A stretch of DNA of 64,000 bases. Origin: the human T2T-CHM13v2.0 reference genome, Homo sapiens. Positions 62,801 through 64,000 of the stretch are shown in pieces (the stretch's first letter is position 1; each line of letters begins with the position of its first letter). A program made the position numbers and the translations under genes. The notes below the pieces were generated by a model. That model searched no databases. It was given only the letters and a program-made list of their open reading frames with translations, and was not told where the DNA came from. Location of the stretch: the NCBI RefSeq assembly GCF_009914755.1, contig NC_060947.1. The stretch is one strand, 5' to 3'.

Positions 62801-64000
62801 CTGCTCTATCAAAAGGAATGTTCAACTCTGGGAGTTGAATGCAATCATCACAGAGCAGTTTCTGAGAATGCTTCTATGTCGTTTTTAGGAGAAGATATTT
62901 CCTTTTCCAACACAGTCCTCCAAGCCCGCTAAATAGCCACTTGCACATTGTAGAAAAAGTGTGTCAAAGCTGCGCTATCAAAGGGAAAGTTCAACTCTGT
63001 GAGGTGAATGCAAACATCCCAAAGAAGTTTCTGAGAATGCTTCCGTTTAGCTTTTAGGTGAAGATTATCCCGTTTCCAACGAAACCTTCAAAGAGGTCCA
63101 AATATCCCCTTGCGGATCCCACAGAAAGAGTGTTTCGAAACTGCTGTTTCAAAAGGAATCTTCAACTCTGTGAGTTGAATGCAATCATCACAAAGAAGTT
63201 TCTGACAATGCTTCTCTCTCGTCTTTCTGTGAAGATAAAGGAAAAGGCTTTCAGGCCTTTTCCACCACAGGCCTGAAAGCGCTCCAAATGTCCACTTGCA
63301 GATTCTGCCAAAAGAATATTTCAAAACTGCTCTATGAAACGCAATGTTAAACTCTGTGGCTCGAACACAAACATCACAAAGCGGTTTCTGAGAATGATTC
63401 AGTTTAGTTTTTCTGTGGAAATATTCCCGTTTCCAAAGAAATCTTCAAAGAGGTCCACGTATCCACTTACAGATTCTACAAAAAGACAGTTTCAAAACTG
63501 CTCCATCAAAAGGAGGGTTCAACTGTGTGACTTGAATGCAATCATCACTCAGAAGTTTCTGAGAATGCTTCTCTTTAGTTTTTACGTGAACATATACCCG
63601 TTTCGAACGAAGGCCACCCAGTGGTCCAAATATCCACTTGCAGATTCTACAGAAAGAGTGTTTCGAACATGAACTCTCAAAGGCAGGTTCATCTCTGCGA
63701 GTTAAATGCATTCATCATGAAGAACTTTCTCAGAGTGTTTGTGTTTAGTTATGGGAAATTATTCCCGTTTCCAACGAAATCCTCAGAGAGCTCCAAATAT
63801 CCACCTGCAGATTCTACCAAAAGTGTATTTGGAAACTGCTCCATCAAAAGGCATGTTCCGCTCTGTGAGTGAAACTCCATCATCACAAAGAATATTCTGA
63901 GAATGCTTCCGTTTGCCTTTTATATGAAGTTCCTTCCTATACGACCGTAGGCCTCAAAGCAGTCCAAATCTCCATTTGCAGATTCTACAAAAAGAGTGAT

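Larger units (their letters stand above)
1..64000 (-). repeat. DXZ1: Alpha-satellite higher-order repeat array, 12-mer of 2,057 bp, about 31.1 copies; human X centromere DXZ1-type (SF3)
   Basis: Near-identical sequence and ORF set recur every 2,057 bp (486, 2543, 4600 ... 62188). There is ~171-bp sub-periodicity with alphoid motifs (ttctgagaatgctt, cttgcagattc, gttcaactctgtgagttgaat), CENP-B boxes, and one GGATCC per unit. A 2.0-kb BamHI 12-mer is the established DXZ1 signature. Confidence 0.96.

Noticed and set aside
237-63872. More than 200 ORFs of 63-157 aa, such as the 157-aa ORF at 713-1186
   Set aside because: They recur at the HOR period, overlap in several frames, translate the same monomer motif (PLADS...NCSIKR.VQLCELN) and gain or lose stops at random. 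They are satellite read-throughs, not genes.
1-64000. CRISPR-like repeat-spacer appearance of conserved motifs every ~171 bp
   Set aside because: The intervening sequences are homologous monomers repeated in each HOR rather than unique spacers, and there are no cas genes.
1-64000. Transposon insertion, inversion or HOR structural variant
   Set aside because: Unit spacing is always 2,055-2,057 bp and orientation is constant, which leaves no room for inserted or deleted monomers.
1-64000. Assigning this window to the CENP-A / hypomethylated kinetochore domain
   Set aside because: That is an epigenetic property and cannot be read from sequence.

Overview
The whole 64 kb window is one uninterrupted, single-orientation array of primate alpha-satellite DNA. 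It holds 31 complete copies plus a partial copy of a 2,057-bp higher-order repeat (HOR) built from twelve ~171-bp monomers. The 12-mer length, one BamHI site per unit, pentameric BBBAA box pattern and one 186-bp monomer match the human X-centromere array DXZ1 (suprachromosomal family 3). CENP-B boxes read on the minus strand, with 4 core-intact boxes per HOR. I found no genes, transposon insertions, inversions or monomer-number variants. All listed ORFs are spurious read-throughs recurring at the HOR period. I see no evidence of a new protein-coding system. The informative signal is the pattern of single-base variants between HOR copies: a haplotype-domain switch near 42.8 kb, a 2-HOR tandem duplication, non-adjacent near-identical blocks, a divergent patch at 25.5-29.4 kb, short conversion-like tracts, and a double inverted repeat in the 186-bp monomer. 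HOR numbering uses arbitrary phase, with starts at 1, 2058, 4115, 6172, 8229, 10286, 12343, 14400, 16457, 18514, 20571, 22628, 24683, 26739, 28795, 30852, 32909, 34966, 37023, 39078, 41133, 43190, 45247, 47304, 49361, 51418, 53475, 55532, 57589, 59646, 61703 and 63760 (partial). Variants were read by eye, so the lists may be incomplete.
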